64,000 nucleotides of DNA from Camelus dromedarius (taxonomy: Eukaryota). Each line of letters starts with the position of its first letter. Positions within the stretch are counted from its first letter, which is position 1. Below are positions 50,893-64,000 of this stretch, piece by piece. The stretch covers positions 83,206,001 through 83,270,000 of the forward strand of contig NC_087437.1 in the NCBI RefSeq assembly GCF_036321535.1. The letters are read 5' to 3'. The notes under the pieces were generated by a model. It made no database searches, was not told the origin of the DNA, and saw only the letters and a program-made list of their open reading frames with translations. A program made the translations under genes and the position numbers.

Positions 50893-53372
50893 AACAAACT
50901 ATGGAGATAGGCAATAACAATAATTCTTTAGGGAGAAGAGTAAAAGCAACTGGAATGTGATTAATCCACTCCCATTTCCCAGGACCTGGAGGCAATCCCT
51001 CAAAGGAACAAAAATAAGACAGGTAACTTTGTCTAATCTTGTGACCTGTACCTCCAAGAATATAGAGTAATGATATTTATGTCATACTTGTATCTTTAAA
51101 CTAAACTTCTTAATTTGAGGGCTTCTCCCTGATATTTTGTCATATCCCGTCCGAGGGTTCAGTCCTACTTATAATAAGAACAAGAATAACTCCTTCTGAT
51201 GTATGATATTTGTGATTGTCATGAAAGAAATTGTAGAAATAAGCTGGCATGCAGCAGCCATCCCAGGCCCAGTAATGTCCCTGGGCTCATTACCAGCTCG
51301 AAAAGAGTGATATGCACACTTACACAGTTTGTGTATTTGTGCTCTCAGTTACTTTAATATTACCAATATTTCACTAATGCTTATTTAGGACTTCATGTGT
51401 GTAAGCTACTGTGCTACCTACTACAAAAGACAGAAAGACTTCTACATTGTAATCATAAAGAACTTGTAGTCCAAAAATATTATTTTACAAGGACAAATGG
51501 GGCCAAGAAGTATAAATAAACTGTTAAATGTTTTAAATCAGTGAGCATTCCTATTTTCTTTGGGATAATCTGGCAATGCGTCTTGGGAGTTGTAACATTT
51601 GAGAGGGAATTTGAGGAAATGATACCATTTCAATTTTAAATGAAGACGAAGCAGTTGAGTGGGGAGGATTCTCTGCGGAGGGTCTTGTGTGAGCAGAAGC
51701 ATCAACCTGAGACAGAGAGGTTTGTCCAGAAGGCTTTCAGGATGAAGGCTATAACTTAGAATTGTGGAGGAGGAGCCTTCCAAGTTAAACTAAGTTAAAT
51801 CAATGTTTTATTTGAAAGGACCTCAGATAATGTCAGAGTGAACAAGTGCAGGATGAGGTATAAATAAATAAATAAATAAGTATGTAGATGTATTTATATA
51901 TCGTATAATCTGTACATATAGATATGTATAATACAAATATTTATATATAATATAATCTTGACATACATATAAAGAAATAATCATCTGCATAGGTATATAT
52001 ACAACTCTAGATACATATACCATATATGTCTATAATCTGGTAGCAAAGACAATCCTTTAAAAGTTGTTGAAGAAGGATATGATTTAATCAGAGTCCTGTT
52101 CATCAAGTTTAATCTGGCAGCTATGTTTGGAAATGAAAAGAATATGAACAGCTTGGAAAGGATAAATAACTAGAGTTTTACAAAATACAAAGGCTGATAA
52201 TTTTGAAGGTGAAGGCCTGAGTGAAATCAGTAGGAATGCATGTGGAATTTCAGTTTTGAGAGAGGAAGGGCAGAGATGGACCTAATGGATCACTTATTAT
52301 ACTTAAATAGTATGGCATATGAGAACTTACAGGGACTTACAGGGACTTTTAGGGCAGAAAACATCCAGAAGCTTGCTGATTTTCATGCCTGTCCCAACTA
52401 ACCACTGAGAACTATGACATTATATGGTCTTAACATTATTTGAACTATGGTCATACACATTTAAATCTCCTTGTTGTCAACAACACATCCAATAACTTTT
52501 AAATATTACTGATTACTTAATCTTATAGATGTTATTTTCTTTTTAATTCTTGGAAGATTGAGCCATTTCCTTCCTATTCTATCACTTCTCTCTTCCTCAT
52601 CCCAGCTTTTTTCTTCAATCTAAATTCTTAGCTTTCTGAATTAGTAAAGCTTTTCAGATTTCCCAACAACAAACAAACAGCTAGAAAAGGACTTAAGAAG
52701 CATTATAGACAGGGAGATGCAACTCAGTTCTTCCAGCTTCTCATAGAAGCACACTGAGTTAAGAGCATCTTCATGTGGTTTGGCCTGACCTTCACTGTCT
52801 TAACTCCCTTCTTATGTTCTCCTCATTTTTTTTTTCTATTCTTTTTATTCCTCTGTCTGACATGACATTTGAATCCATGTCCCAGATAGAGTGGAATGAA
52901 AGAACCTTTTGATGGCTAGCACAAGTCCTGAGATTTGCCTCTATTCACTCAGACACAAACATGCTCACTCTATGGAGTTATATGTGACTCAAGTCTCCAG
53001 GCTGTATTACTATCAAAGGCCTTATACTCAAGTACTTTTCAGATGTACAACACTATTTTAGTACTTAATAAAAGTTTAATAAATGTACTTATAAAACATT
53101 TAAGAATATACAAGCATGTAAAATGTTTCATTTTAATTTCTGCTTTAGTTATTTTAGTAGGAGATGAACACTTGATTAAAATTCCCTATTTCTGATAAGC
53201 TATGCAATATAAATAAAATATATTTAAAGATATATTAGGTAGTAAAATCTTATTAAAATAATAGGACAATTATGAATGCAAGAAAACTTTGAATGCTAAT
53301 CAACACACAGCAGTGTCTAATCTGCATAACTTTGTGTTATTTCATGTAAGAGAACACTTATTAATAGTAGAT

Positions 53373-54302
53373 CTAAATATTTCTCTTTAGCATTTTTGTC
53401 AGAGAATCTATGACTTTCTTATTTCTCAAGCTGTAGATAATTGGATTTAAGAAAGGAATTATGACAGTGTAAAATAGAGAGTCCATCATATCTTGATCAT
53501 CTGCTTGTGTAGTTCCAGGGCGCACATACATGAATAGAAGAGGCCCATAGTATAAAGAGACAGATAGGAGGTGGGCTCCACAGGTGGAGAAGGCCTTCCT
53601 TATGCCTTGTACGGACTTCTTCTTTAAAATTGTAAAAAGAACTAATGTATAAGAGACAAGGACAATGAAAATGGTGAACACCTGAATTGAACCCGAAAAA
53701 ATAAAAATCATCAGAACATTAATAGAAGGATCAGTACAAGAGATTTTAAACAATGGCATGACGTCACAGTAAAAGTGATGTATTATGTTGTAATTACAGA
53801 AGGTTAATCTGAATAAAAAACCTGTATGGATTAATGCATGAAGAACACCACCTACAAATGATGAGAATAACAGCCACATACATAGTCTATTAGTCATAAT
53901 CACTGGATAAAGTAACGGGTTACATATGGCTACATATCGATCATATGACATTGTTGCCAGCAGAAAACATTCTGTTGTTGCACTGACTGCAAAGGAAAAA
54001 AATTGTACCATGCATTCAGGGAGAGAGATCATCTTATTCTTGGTGAAGGTGTTGACCAGCATCTTGGGCGTCACTGTGGATGATAACCAATTATCCACAA
54101 AAGCCAGGTTCCCAAGGAATAAGTACATGGGAATGTGAAGTTGAGGTTCATTCCAGATGAGAGCAATCAGACCAAGGTTTCCCACAATGGTGATGAGGTA
54201 TATCATCAAGAACAGCAGGAACAGGGGGATTTGCCACCCTGGTTGATACGTAAGTCCTGTGAGAACAAACTCTGTCAGCCCTGTTGCATTTTTCATTTCC
54301 AT
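53373..54302 (-). CDS. Olfactory receptor, family 5 subfamily H (OR5H2-like, copy 2), intact 309 aa
   Basis: [46 protein letters not shown]. Collinear with copy 1; 57 of 309 residues differ by manual count. Confidence 0.95.
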   Translation of the reverse strand: MEMKNATGLTEFVLTGLTYQPGWQIPLFLLFLMIYLITIVGNLGLIALIWNEPQLHIPMYLFLGNLAFVDNWLSSTVTPKMLVNTFTKNKMISLPECMVQFFSFAVSATTECFLLATMSYDRYVAICNPLLYPVIMTNRLCMWLLFSSFVGGVLHALIHTGFLFRLTFCNYNIIHHFYCDVMPLFKISCTDPSINVLMIFIFSGSIQVFTIFIVLVSYTLVLFTILKKKSVQGIRKAFSTCGAHLLSVSLYYGPLLFMYVRPGTTQADDQDMMDSLFYTVIIPFLNPIIYSLRNKKVIDSLTKMLKRNI

Positions 54303-54320
54303 TTCCTTAATCGCTGGCCT

Positions 54321-54340
54321 CTGAAATAAAATGCAGTAAA
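54321..54340 (-). promoter_or_regulatory. Splice acceptor of the OR5H copy 2 coding exon
   Basis: tttactgcattttatttcag|aggccagcgattaaggaaATG. Conserved with copy 1. Confidence 0.75.
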
Positions 54341-57300
54341 CGTAAAATGGACAGCCATCAAGAATTTAAAAAAAGAATTTGGTGAATGTAATTGAAATAA
54401 AACTATACACTAGCCTAAATTCCCTTTGTTTTACTTCCTCTTACTAAAATACATAAAAAAGTATTTGTGGAAATTGTCATATTGGAAATGTACAATTATT
54501 TTATTTCAAAATATGTACAGGAATGAAGAGAAGAAAGACATTCTGAACATGATCAAATTTATGGGGAAACTATTAAATGAGGTAATCTTGTGTTTAGGTT
54601 ATGGTTGCGGCATCAAAAGTAAAGATGTTAGAAGCGCCTGGATTATAGTATTTTTTAGTGCCATATAAAAGAACTTAAATTTTGTTCTTCAAACTAGTAA
54701 GAAAATGCTGAAAACTGTTAAGACAGGGAGCAGCATCACCACTTTAAAAAAATAAATAAATAGTTGATTTTAGAAAATAAGCTGCAGAATGAAGAACCTG
54801 GTGTCAGAAATACTCATCAGGAAGCTGAGCTTTTGTCCAGCGATTCCCAAACCATGTTACACATCAGAATTATCTGGAGGAGTTTTGGTATAAAATATAA
54901 GATCTTGGATATTACTTTAGAAATTTATTCAGTAGGTCATAAATGGCATCTAGTAATATGTTGCTTCCCAGGTGATTAAAATATATGTGAAGTTCTTAGT
55001 TCATGTGTGATATGACATTGGGAGTTTTGAGGAAGAAAAGAGATAGATCAAAATAAATCAGAATGTAGAGTCACTAAGACTTGGAGATATATTAGATGTG
55101 AAGGATTGGTTAGTAAAGGTGAAAGAGTTGCTTGATGTCTGGGTAGATGATCATCAGAAATTGAGATTGAAAACTCAGATGCAGTGACCAGTTTTTGCAA
55201 GGAACATTCCTGAACATCAAAGTGGCATAAACTTAGCAGTATGATTCTACAAGAGCTTAATAGAATAATGACTTTGACATCAGTGAGGTGGCTGAAAGCA
55301 TAGAATGTATGACCTCTCCAGTGGACAATGTGAATAAGGTAAAAAGAAGAAAGTAGTGAGGATAAATGTGAGGGAGTTGTATTAAATTAAAATGAGTATC
55401 CATCATTTATTAGATGGAAAATATCTGATACTCTTTACTGCCACACAATTCTGGGTGGTAGACAAAATGTCATTCACTCTGGAAGCCAAAATTCTAAAAA
55501 CTGTTTCCCATTCCTCTTGAACCTAGTATGAGGGAAGTAGGCTAACTAAGGTTATCCACTCAAACTCACCTACACTGAATTTGGAATATGAAGAAGGGAG
55601 AAAGGGTTCAAATGTGGAAAAAGAGATTTTTGGTTGCAAATCAACCAAAGGAGCAATATCATGATACCAAAATATGTCCTGTGCCCACAACAGTGGCATT
55701 GTCAGTGTGAGTTGTGGCATTTAGTTCAGCAGCAATGGCGGCAGCTCTTACTGAACTAGAGCTGGGACACGATTTTGGCTGTCTACTGTCTCTTCTTTCT
55801 CTGTGTTCCTGCCCATTTCTCCAGTGGATTTCTCCAGCTTCCCTAGCACTTATTTGTTATAGCCACTATCTATTCAGTTAACTCACTTTGCCTTGCAACA
55901 AGGAACACTGGCTCCCACAAAAAGAGAAAAGGAAAGACCAGAAAAGGCTACTGAGCAGAGTGACCAGAGAAGCAGTTGGGAATTGGAAGTTGAGTGTTGA
56001 GGACTGTAAGGGTGGAAAACAGTCATGAATGACAAAGGAAAGTACAGTTCCTAAAGCAAAATAAATGCTTTGGTAGGATAAACAGTGAACAGAGACCACT
56101 GCATGTAGGATTTAAGAGATTTGTAGTGGCTTTAGTTTGAGCAGTTTCCATTTTATGATAGAGTTGAAGTCGGAGAATAACGAGAAATGAATGGGGAGCA
56201 AGTGGCACGGCAGTGAGGAGGATGAAAGAGCAGCCAAGATGTGGAGACACATGTGAATTTCCTGTCTTGAGGAAAAACGTCATGAAGGCTTTCAAAAGAG
56301 TGGGAGGAAACAGGATAAAGGCATGGAAAGGGAAATTTGCCTGAGTGAAAAGAAGCAAGAAGACAAGAAGGGGCATAGATGGATAAGGAAACACAAAGCA
56401 ATAAAGAGGCAGAGAGAAAGTATCAGACAAAGGCTGAAGATGAATAAAGGGAAAGGCTTGAGGTAGGCCTTAAATATTTGTCTTAACTCTGGTTTTCATT
56501 AAAAGTTGTCAGCACTGGGAATCATTTCTTTTACTTTTATTCAAAATCCCAAGTTTATATTCCTATGGAATTTGTGTATGGAATAGAGACTTTCACTTTA
56601 ATTATACTTTATAAATTTGTATTAATAAATATGCTGCCACTGCTAGAATCTTTATCACTGTGATTACAGCAGACATTCCCTAGAAATCCTGCTATGTTTG
56701 CTTGACAGCTTTTGCTTCTCCACCAGTTTTGTTAGCAGAAAAAAACTGAGCCAAAGACTGGCACTTAATACAGGCAATATGAATAACTTGCCAATAACTG
56801 ATTTTGTTAAATGAACATTTATTTGGAATGGATTTTCTTCCATGCATCCCAAATGACTAAATATTCAAAAGTTTCAATTCAGTGTATGGGCACTTATTAA
56901 GTCATAAAATTGAAAATAGCACTGGAAAAACATTTTGTGGATTTTTCCATTATATTTTTTTCAATGAAATTATTGTCAGAAGTGGGTGAAAAGTGGAGAG
57001 GTTACCATTTAAGTGATTTAACTTAAAATTTAATCAGAGGATGTAGTTAATTAAGTGGAATAAGTATTTTGAACACAATTATCAGAAAGATTTCTTATAC
57101 AGGAAACATTATGACCTAAATCTGTAAACCCGCTTTTAATTTGTTTAACGTCCTAGTTCACGGAAACTTATCCTATGGAGTCATTATAATTATTCTGAAA
57201 AAATAATTACATATCATTAAAGGGTAACAATGTAGTGTTAGAGCTATTTTGCTTATCCAGATTTTACTTACAATAATAAATTATTATAGATAATTCACTA

Positions 57301-57418
57301 TTTGTTTTCCATTTTCAACTGGCTATTTTGGTATCTTGTAAACCAAATCAAAATTATTAAATTTAGCATTATTTTAACTTTTTATAAAATATAATGGAAG
57401 TTATAAAAGTGATTTTTC

Positions 57419-57800
57419 TCTCACCAATATCTGTTAAATTGTTGAGATCCTTTCAGTGCGCAGCTTTCTGAAGTAGAAAAGAGTACAAGAGTGCTGGAAT
57501 GACAATAACAGAGGCAGCAATATTTTGCACACTGATTCATTTTGGAAGCTTTATCTTCCAAACTCAGGAAAATTTTGTTTATATGAATTTGTTTTGAATA
57601 CAAGAGTCAACCAACTGTACAACTGTGTGCTTTTGCCATGGGAGGAAGGAGTGAAGTACTAAAATTCCCCTGATGGAGCCCAAGGATTCCCTTTAGTACA
57701 AACCTAAGCTTTTCTACTGGGCGTTATGCACTTGGACATGTGTGAGGAATCCAGGCTGTCCCACAGGGCATTCCAGACTCTGAAATCATAAACATCAAGT
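57419..57800 (-). promoter_or_regulatory. Putative promoter and non-coding exon 1 of OR5H copy 2
   Basis: Paralogous to 40803-41200. Contains gcccaagga and tcccacagggca motifs. The donor TG|GTGAGA at 57424-57419 is at the aligned position. Confidence 0.55.
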
Positions 57801-59169
57801 CATTGTGGACATTTCCAGTTTTAACAATTGAAGTGGCACTACTTTTCCAGCACAGATGACATTCCTTATATTTTATGCAAACTCCAGTTTATCTGTGAAT
57901 TTTGATACTCTGAGTCCTCTGATCAGTTTGGTCTGGCTTACCTAATCACACATGATTTTAATAAGGTCAAAGTTCTAGATTTCCTACAGGATCCAGCTCC
58001 AAGAAAGTTGTCCTCCTCGTGGAAACTGGCTCACATCCAGACCTATACCAAACTCCCCATTTACAATGAAAATTGATGAGAAATCTTATTAGACATAGGT
58101 CAGGGAGAGGAACAAAGGAAAAACAAAAGGAAAGACCCCAGTGGAAGGTGGTCTAGATCAGTCCTTCTCAAACTTGAGTTTCTGTGAATCTCTTGGAGAT
58201 TTTCTTAAAATGCAGATTCTGTTTCAGTAGGTCAGGGATGAGTCCTGAGGGTCTTCATTTCTAACGATGTGATGCATCTGGACATTTGCCATCCTCAGGG
58301 TCTCCCTTCATTTGCAGGTTTAGCTGATCAGAGTAGTAGATCATTACAGAAACAAAACAAAACAAAAAAGGCAATTGTAGCTGGCATTCAAAGAGAAGCA
58401 TAGAAGCCAGAATGGACAAGGAAGACTGACATGGGTGGGATCACATAGGATCTGGAGGCTAGGTCAGGGGCTTTGTTCTTTACCCCATCTTAAAGGAAAA
58501 CTATTGAGAGATTTTGAACATGCTGCTCACATGTTCAGATTTGACTTTAATTATTAATTGAGAAGTTACCATTGATCATTCATTTAGAAAAACAATGACA
58601 TTATTTGTGTCAAAATAGTATAATATGAAAATGTTAATGTTTTGGTTTTGATGTCTGAAAACTCAAAAATATTTAACCTCTGCTTGGGATTAGATTGTCA
58701 GCTGGGAGAAAGCACAAGACATAGACTTTGATAGACTCATTAATCGCTTATCCTGTGTCCTTAGAATTGTGCTAGTGAAAGCTAAAAAAAGCATGAAAAA
58801 AAAAATCACCATAGACCAAAGAGAAGTCATTGTGGCAACTCAGCAGAAGGGCGGAGTCATCAGCATAATGTGCATGAGTAGCTTCAACATAGCCCAAACT
58901 TGACTTAAATTTAGTGTCCCCTTAAATTTTCTGTAATTATCTTTTATCTAATTTTGTTACCTATATATGAATATGAAGATCTGCATTGCTGCTTTCAGTA
59001 TGATTAGTGTTTTCAGTTTTAGTCGTTTTAATAGGTGATATCACATGGTATCACATAGTGGTCTTCATCTGCATTTCCCCAGTGACAAATTATATTGAGT
59101 ATATTTTTGTGACCTCATTTGACATATGTATATCTAGTTTAGTGAAGTGTCTGTAAGATTTTTGCCCAC

Positions 59170-62100
59170 TTTTTATTGAAGTACAGTTGGTTACAATGTG
59201 TCAATTTCAGTGTGTGAAGTCTGGGAAGATTATTCCTCTGGCTTCATTCTTTTTCTTCAATATTGCTTTGGCAATTCTGGGTCTTTTATGATTCCATATA
59301 AATCCTAGGGTTATTTGTTCTAGTTCTGTGAACAATGTTCTGGGTAATTTGATAGGGATCCCATTAAATCTGTAGATTACCTTGGGCAGTATGGTTATTT
59401 TAACAATATTGATTCTTCCAATCCAAGAGCATAGGTTATCAATCCATTTCTTTGTCATCTTTAATTTCCTTAATCAATGGTTTGTAGTTCTGCATGTATA
59501 AGTCTTTCACCTCCTTGTTCAGATTTATTCCTAAGTATTTTATTGTTTTGGATGCAATTTTAAAAAGGATTGTTTCTTTACTTTCTCTTCCTATTATTTT
59601 ATTGTTAATTTAAAGAAATGCAACTGATTTCTGAGTGTTAATTTTGTATCTGGCTACCTTGCCAAATTCTTTTATCAGCTCTAATAGTTTTTGTGTGGAG
59701 CTTTTAGGGTCTTCTATATATAATACCATGTCATCTGCATATAGTGATAGTTTTACCTCTTCTTTTCCAATTTGGATCCCTTTTATTTCTCTCTCTTGCC
59801 TGATGGTGTGGCTAGGACTTTCAAGACTATGTTGAATAGAAGTGGTGAGAGTGGGCATCCTGGTCTTGTTCCAGATTTTAGCAGGAAGGCTTTCAGTTTT
59901 TCACTGTTGAGTATTATGCTGGCTGTTGGTTTGTCATAAATAGTTTTTATGATGTTGAGATATGTTCCCTCTGTATCCACTTTGGTGAGAGTTTTTATCA
60001 TAAATGGATGTCGAATTTTATCAAATGCTTTTTCTGCATCTATTGAGATGATCATGTGATTTTTGTCCTTTCTCTTGTTGATGTGGTGTATCATGTTGAT
60101 TGATTTGCATATGTGGAACCATCCTTGTGTCCCTGGGATGAATCCAACTTGATCATGGTGTACGATCTTTTTTATGTAACGTTGGATTCTGTTAATATTT
60201 TGTTGAGGATTTTTGCATCCATGTTCATTAATGTTATTGGCCTCTAATTTTCTTTTTTGGTAGTATCTTTGTCTGGTTCTGATATATAGGTGATGGTGGC
60301 TTCACAGAATGAGTTTGGGAGTACTCCCTCCTTTTCAATCTTTTGGAAGTGTTTGAGAAGGATCAGTATGAATTCTTCTTTGTATGTTTGGTAGAATTCC
60401 TCAGCGAAGCCATCTGGTCCTGGACTTTGTAGGGAGGTTTTTAATTTGCTGATTCTATTTCATTACTAGTTATCGGTCTGTTCAAGTGGTCTGTTTCTTC
60501 TTGGTTCAGTCTTAGTGGACTGTATGTTTCCAGAAACTTGTCCTTTCCTTCTAGGTTGTCCAGTTTGTTTCCATATAGTTGTTCATAGTATTCTTCCTCT
60601 CTCTCTCTTTTTTTTTTTTTTGGTATTTCTGTGGTATTGGTTGTAATTTCTCCATTTTCTTTTCTTGTCTTGTTTATTTGTGTTCTCTCTCTTTTCTTCT
60701 TGGTGAGCCTGGCCTAAGGTTTGTTGATTTTGTTTACTCTTTCAAAAAATAGCTTTTGGTTTGATTTTTTTCTATTTTTTTAAGCTCTATTTTATTTATT
60801 TTCTCCATGATCTTTATTCTTTCTTTCCTTTTGTTGGTTTTGTTTGCTCTTCTTTTTCTAATTGTGTTAGGTAATAGGTTAGGTTGTTTACTTGAGATTC
60901 TTCTTGTCTTTTGAGAAGGCCTGTATTGCTATGAACTTCCTCTTAGGACTGCTTTTGCTGCATCCCATAGGTTTTGTGTGGTTGTGTTTTCATTGTCATT
61001 TGTCTCGAGGTATTTTTTAATTTCTTCTTTGATTTCATCATCAGCCCATTGGTTTTTTAGTAGCATGTTGTTTAATCTTCATGCTGTCATTTTTTTTTTC
61101 ATTTTTTTTCTGTGGTTGATTTCTAGTTGCATGGTGTTATGGTCGGAAAAGATGCTTGAAACAATTTCTATCCTCTTAAATTTGTTGAGGCTTCTTTTGT
61201 GCCTTAGTATATGATCTATCCTAGAGAATGTCCATGCACTCTTGAAATGACTGTATATTCTGCTTCGGGAGGATGTAATGTCCTAAAAGTATCAACCAAG
61301 TCTAAGTGTTCTTTTGTGTCATTTAGTATTTCCATTGCCCTATTGATTCTGTCTGGAAGATCTGTCCAGTGATGTTAATGGGGTATTAAAGTCTCCCACT
61401 GTGACTGTGTTCCCATCAATTTCTCCCTTTATGTCTGTTAGTATTTGCTTTATGTATTTTTAGGTGCTCCCATATAGGGTACATACATGTTAACAAGTAT
61501 AATATCCTCATCTTGTATTGCTTCTTTAATCATTATATGGTGTCCTTCTTTATGTTTCTTTATGGCCTTTGTTTTAAAGTCTGTTTTGTCTGAAATCACT
61601 ATTGCTACTTCTGCTTTCTTGTCATTTCCACTTGCATGAAATATCTCTTTCAATCCTCTCACTTTCAGTCTATGTGTGTTCTTCACCCTAAAATGGGTCT
61701 CTTGTATGCAGCATTTTGTGCGTTCTTATTTTATTATCCAGTCTGCCACTATGTCTTTTGATTGGAGCATTTAGTCCATTGACATTTATGGTAATTATTG
61801 ATAGATGTGTTTATTGCCATTTTGAACTTAGTTTTGCAGTTGATTTGGTATTTCCTCTTTGTTCCTTTCTTTTTCATTTTGTGGTTTGATAATTTTCTTT
61901 TGTGTTATCTTGGTTTCTTTTTGGGTTTTTTTGTGACTGTTTTATGCTTTTGATTTGTGGTTACCCTGTTTTTCAAGTATATTAACCCATTACTATATGT
62001 GTTTGCTTTAAACTGATAGTCACATAAGCTCAAACACATCCTAAAAGGAATGAAAAAAGGAAAAATATCTACATATTTTCTTGCTCCCCTCTCCCACTCT

Positions 62101-63545
62101 TAATGATTTTGATATCCTGTTTTACATCTTTATGTTTATGGTATTGCAACTACTTATAGTTACTGCATTTCCAATTATAGTTTTCTCCTTTCTATAGCAT
62201 CCTGCTTCTTTTCTATTTAGAGTAGACCTTTCAATATTTCTTTTAGAATAGGTTTGGTATTGCTGCATTATTTTAGTTTTTGCTTATCTGTGAAATTCTT
62301 TATCTCTCCTTCTATTCTAAAAGATAGCCTTGCTAGATAGAGTTATCCTAGGTTGCAGCTTTTACTCATTCAGGACTTTGAATGTATCTTGCCACTACCT
62401 TCTGGCCTACAATGTTTGTGTTGAGAAATCAGCTGAAATGTTCTGGGGGTTCCCTTGTAACTGACTCTTTGTTTTTCTCCTACTGCATTTAAAATTATTT
62501 CTTTATCTTTAACTTTGGCCATCTTAATTATAATATGTCTTGGTGTAGGTCTATTTGGGTTCTTGTTGGGGAACTTCTGTGCTTCCTGTACTTGGATATC
62601 TGATTCCTTCTTTAGGTTTGGGAAGGTTTCAGTCATGATTTCTTCACATACCTTTTCAATCCCCTTTTCTCTTTCTTCTCCTTCTGGTACCCCTATTATG
62701 CATAGCTCAGGATGCTTTGTATTATCCCAAGAGTCCTTTATATTTCTTTCATGAGTTTTTACTTGGATTTCTGTCTGTTGTTCTGATTGGTTGATTTCTG
62801 TTATCCTGTCTTCTGAGTCACTTATACATCCCTTTGCATTATCTAGTCTGCTTTAGACTGCCTTTAGCTCAGCTCTTATCTCAGCCATTGAGTTTTCTGT
62901 TTTTAACTGGCTCCTCTTTGTAGCTACTATTTCCTTTTTATAGTATTCTGCAGGTTTATTAATAATCTCTTATTTTCTGCAGTGCTTTCATTATCCCCTT
63001 TGTGAAGTCATGATCTAGTAGATTATTGAAGTCTATTTTACTGATCATTCTTTCAGGGGACTTCTCTTGTTCTTTTAATTAAGAGTAGTTCCTCTGCTTC
63101 TTCATTTTACTTATATTTCTCTGGATCTATGGAATTAGGAGTACCAATTATCTACTGTGGTCTTGAAGGGCTGTTTTAGTTGTTTGTTTGTTTTTATTTA
63201 AAGTAGGAGTGTTCCTGTGTAGACTGTGCACATCTAATAGTTTTGTTGTGAGGGCTGTTCTTAGTATGAATGGTTGCCACGTCTTTCTTCCATGTGTGTT
63301 GGCTGCTATCCTTTTGATTGGGAGTGTGGCCGGTATTGTGGTGATCAGAGCTTGCCCTCATTGTAGAGCGGGGCCTCGTTTTTATTTTGTGATTGTCACA
63401 GCCCTGACAGGGGCCAGGTCTGTTCCCCTTTTGTTGGAATGGAGGCTTCCAGACTCATTTCTGAGCTGTGGTGCATGGTAGGTGGGGTTGGAGCACTTAA
63501 TGTACTCTTTGTTGATGCTGCCCTTGTCCCTACTTTAGCCACAAG
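59170..63545 (-). mobile_element. Long degenerate L1 (5' UTR, ORF1, ORF2 endonuclease and RT; ~1.5 kb deleted before the 3' tail)
   Basis: ORF track shows ETFPNLKKESDIQVQEAQK..RPTPRHIIIKMAK (ORF1), the endonuclease fragment, [24 protein letters not shown] (RT) and [13 protein letters not shown]. Confidence 0.95.
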
Positions 63546-64000
63546 AATGTCAGTGTCTACTAATGCATAAAGTATCTTTATGTCATCATATATATTTGTA
63601 CATATAAATGAAGGAAATATATTATATATACTTTTGGACATAGGTTAATGTGCTAAAATGTTAACAATTGTTTAATCTTGGCTAATAAAACCCACACCCA
63701 TTAATTGTATTATTTTTACCACTTTTCTATAGGTTTGAAGATTTTCAGAATAAATTTGGAGGAAAATATTATTGATCCACATCTTTCCTGCATCTTTGCC
63801 TTATCTCTCTGCCCACTTAACAACTCAGCTTCTTGAAAGTTATCCTCTCATGCTACTTTTACTTCTTTATGTTATGTATGATATGACTTACTGGATAAGT
63901 AAATGGATTCAGGAAACAGATACCCTGGGTCTGATTCCTGATCTCCACCTTAGTATTTCCTTGGACAAATGATGCAACCTGTCTATCCTTTATACTTTTA

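Larger units (their letters stand above)
47820..59170. repeat. Segmental duplication unit B (contains OR5H copy 2)
   Basis: Same orientation as unit A. Longer by the solo LTR, the L1 insertion and a ~1.4-kb segment (51225-52620). Confidence 0.9.

Noticed and set aside
1..64000. A wholly new gene system
   Set aside because: All long ORFs are explained by three olfactory receptors and transposable elements. I saw no unexplained coding capacity or structured RNA.

Overview
AT-rich mammalian DNA, most likely from a camelid, because it carries two tRNA-Ala-derived Vic-1-type SINEs with target-site duplications (TSDs). The window is part of an olfactory receptor (OR) family-5 cluster with three intact minus-strand OR coding exons: one OR5K3/OR5K4-like (14254-15180) and two OR5H2-like paralogues (36702-37631 and 53373-54302; about 82% amino-acid identity by manual count). 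The rest is mostly L1, L2, MIR, MER5/MER63, MLT1/MLT2/LTR33 and ERV-L remnants. The two OR5H genes lie in tandem duplicated units (~33530-42560 and ~47820-59170). The last ~360 bp of the window resemble the 3' flank of the OR5K gene, which predicts another OR5K unit beyond the right edge. I found no evidence of a fundamentally new biological system. The most interesting items are: a young 444-bp solo LTR with a U3-located poly(A) signal and a visible empty paralogous site; two L1 copies whose 5' UTR is fused to ORF2 at AG junctions (possible spliced L1 integrants); an ERV-L with an internally duplicated RNaseH-integrase block; and inferred 5'-UTR exon structures, including a candidate GC-AG intron. 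Repeat family names and boundaries come from recalled consensus sequences, are approximate, and need RepeatMasker/Dfam confirmation.
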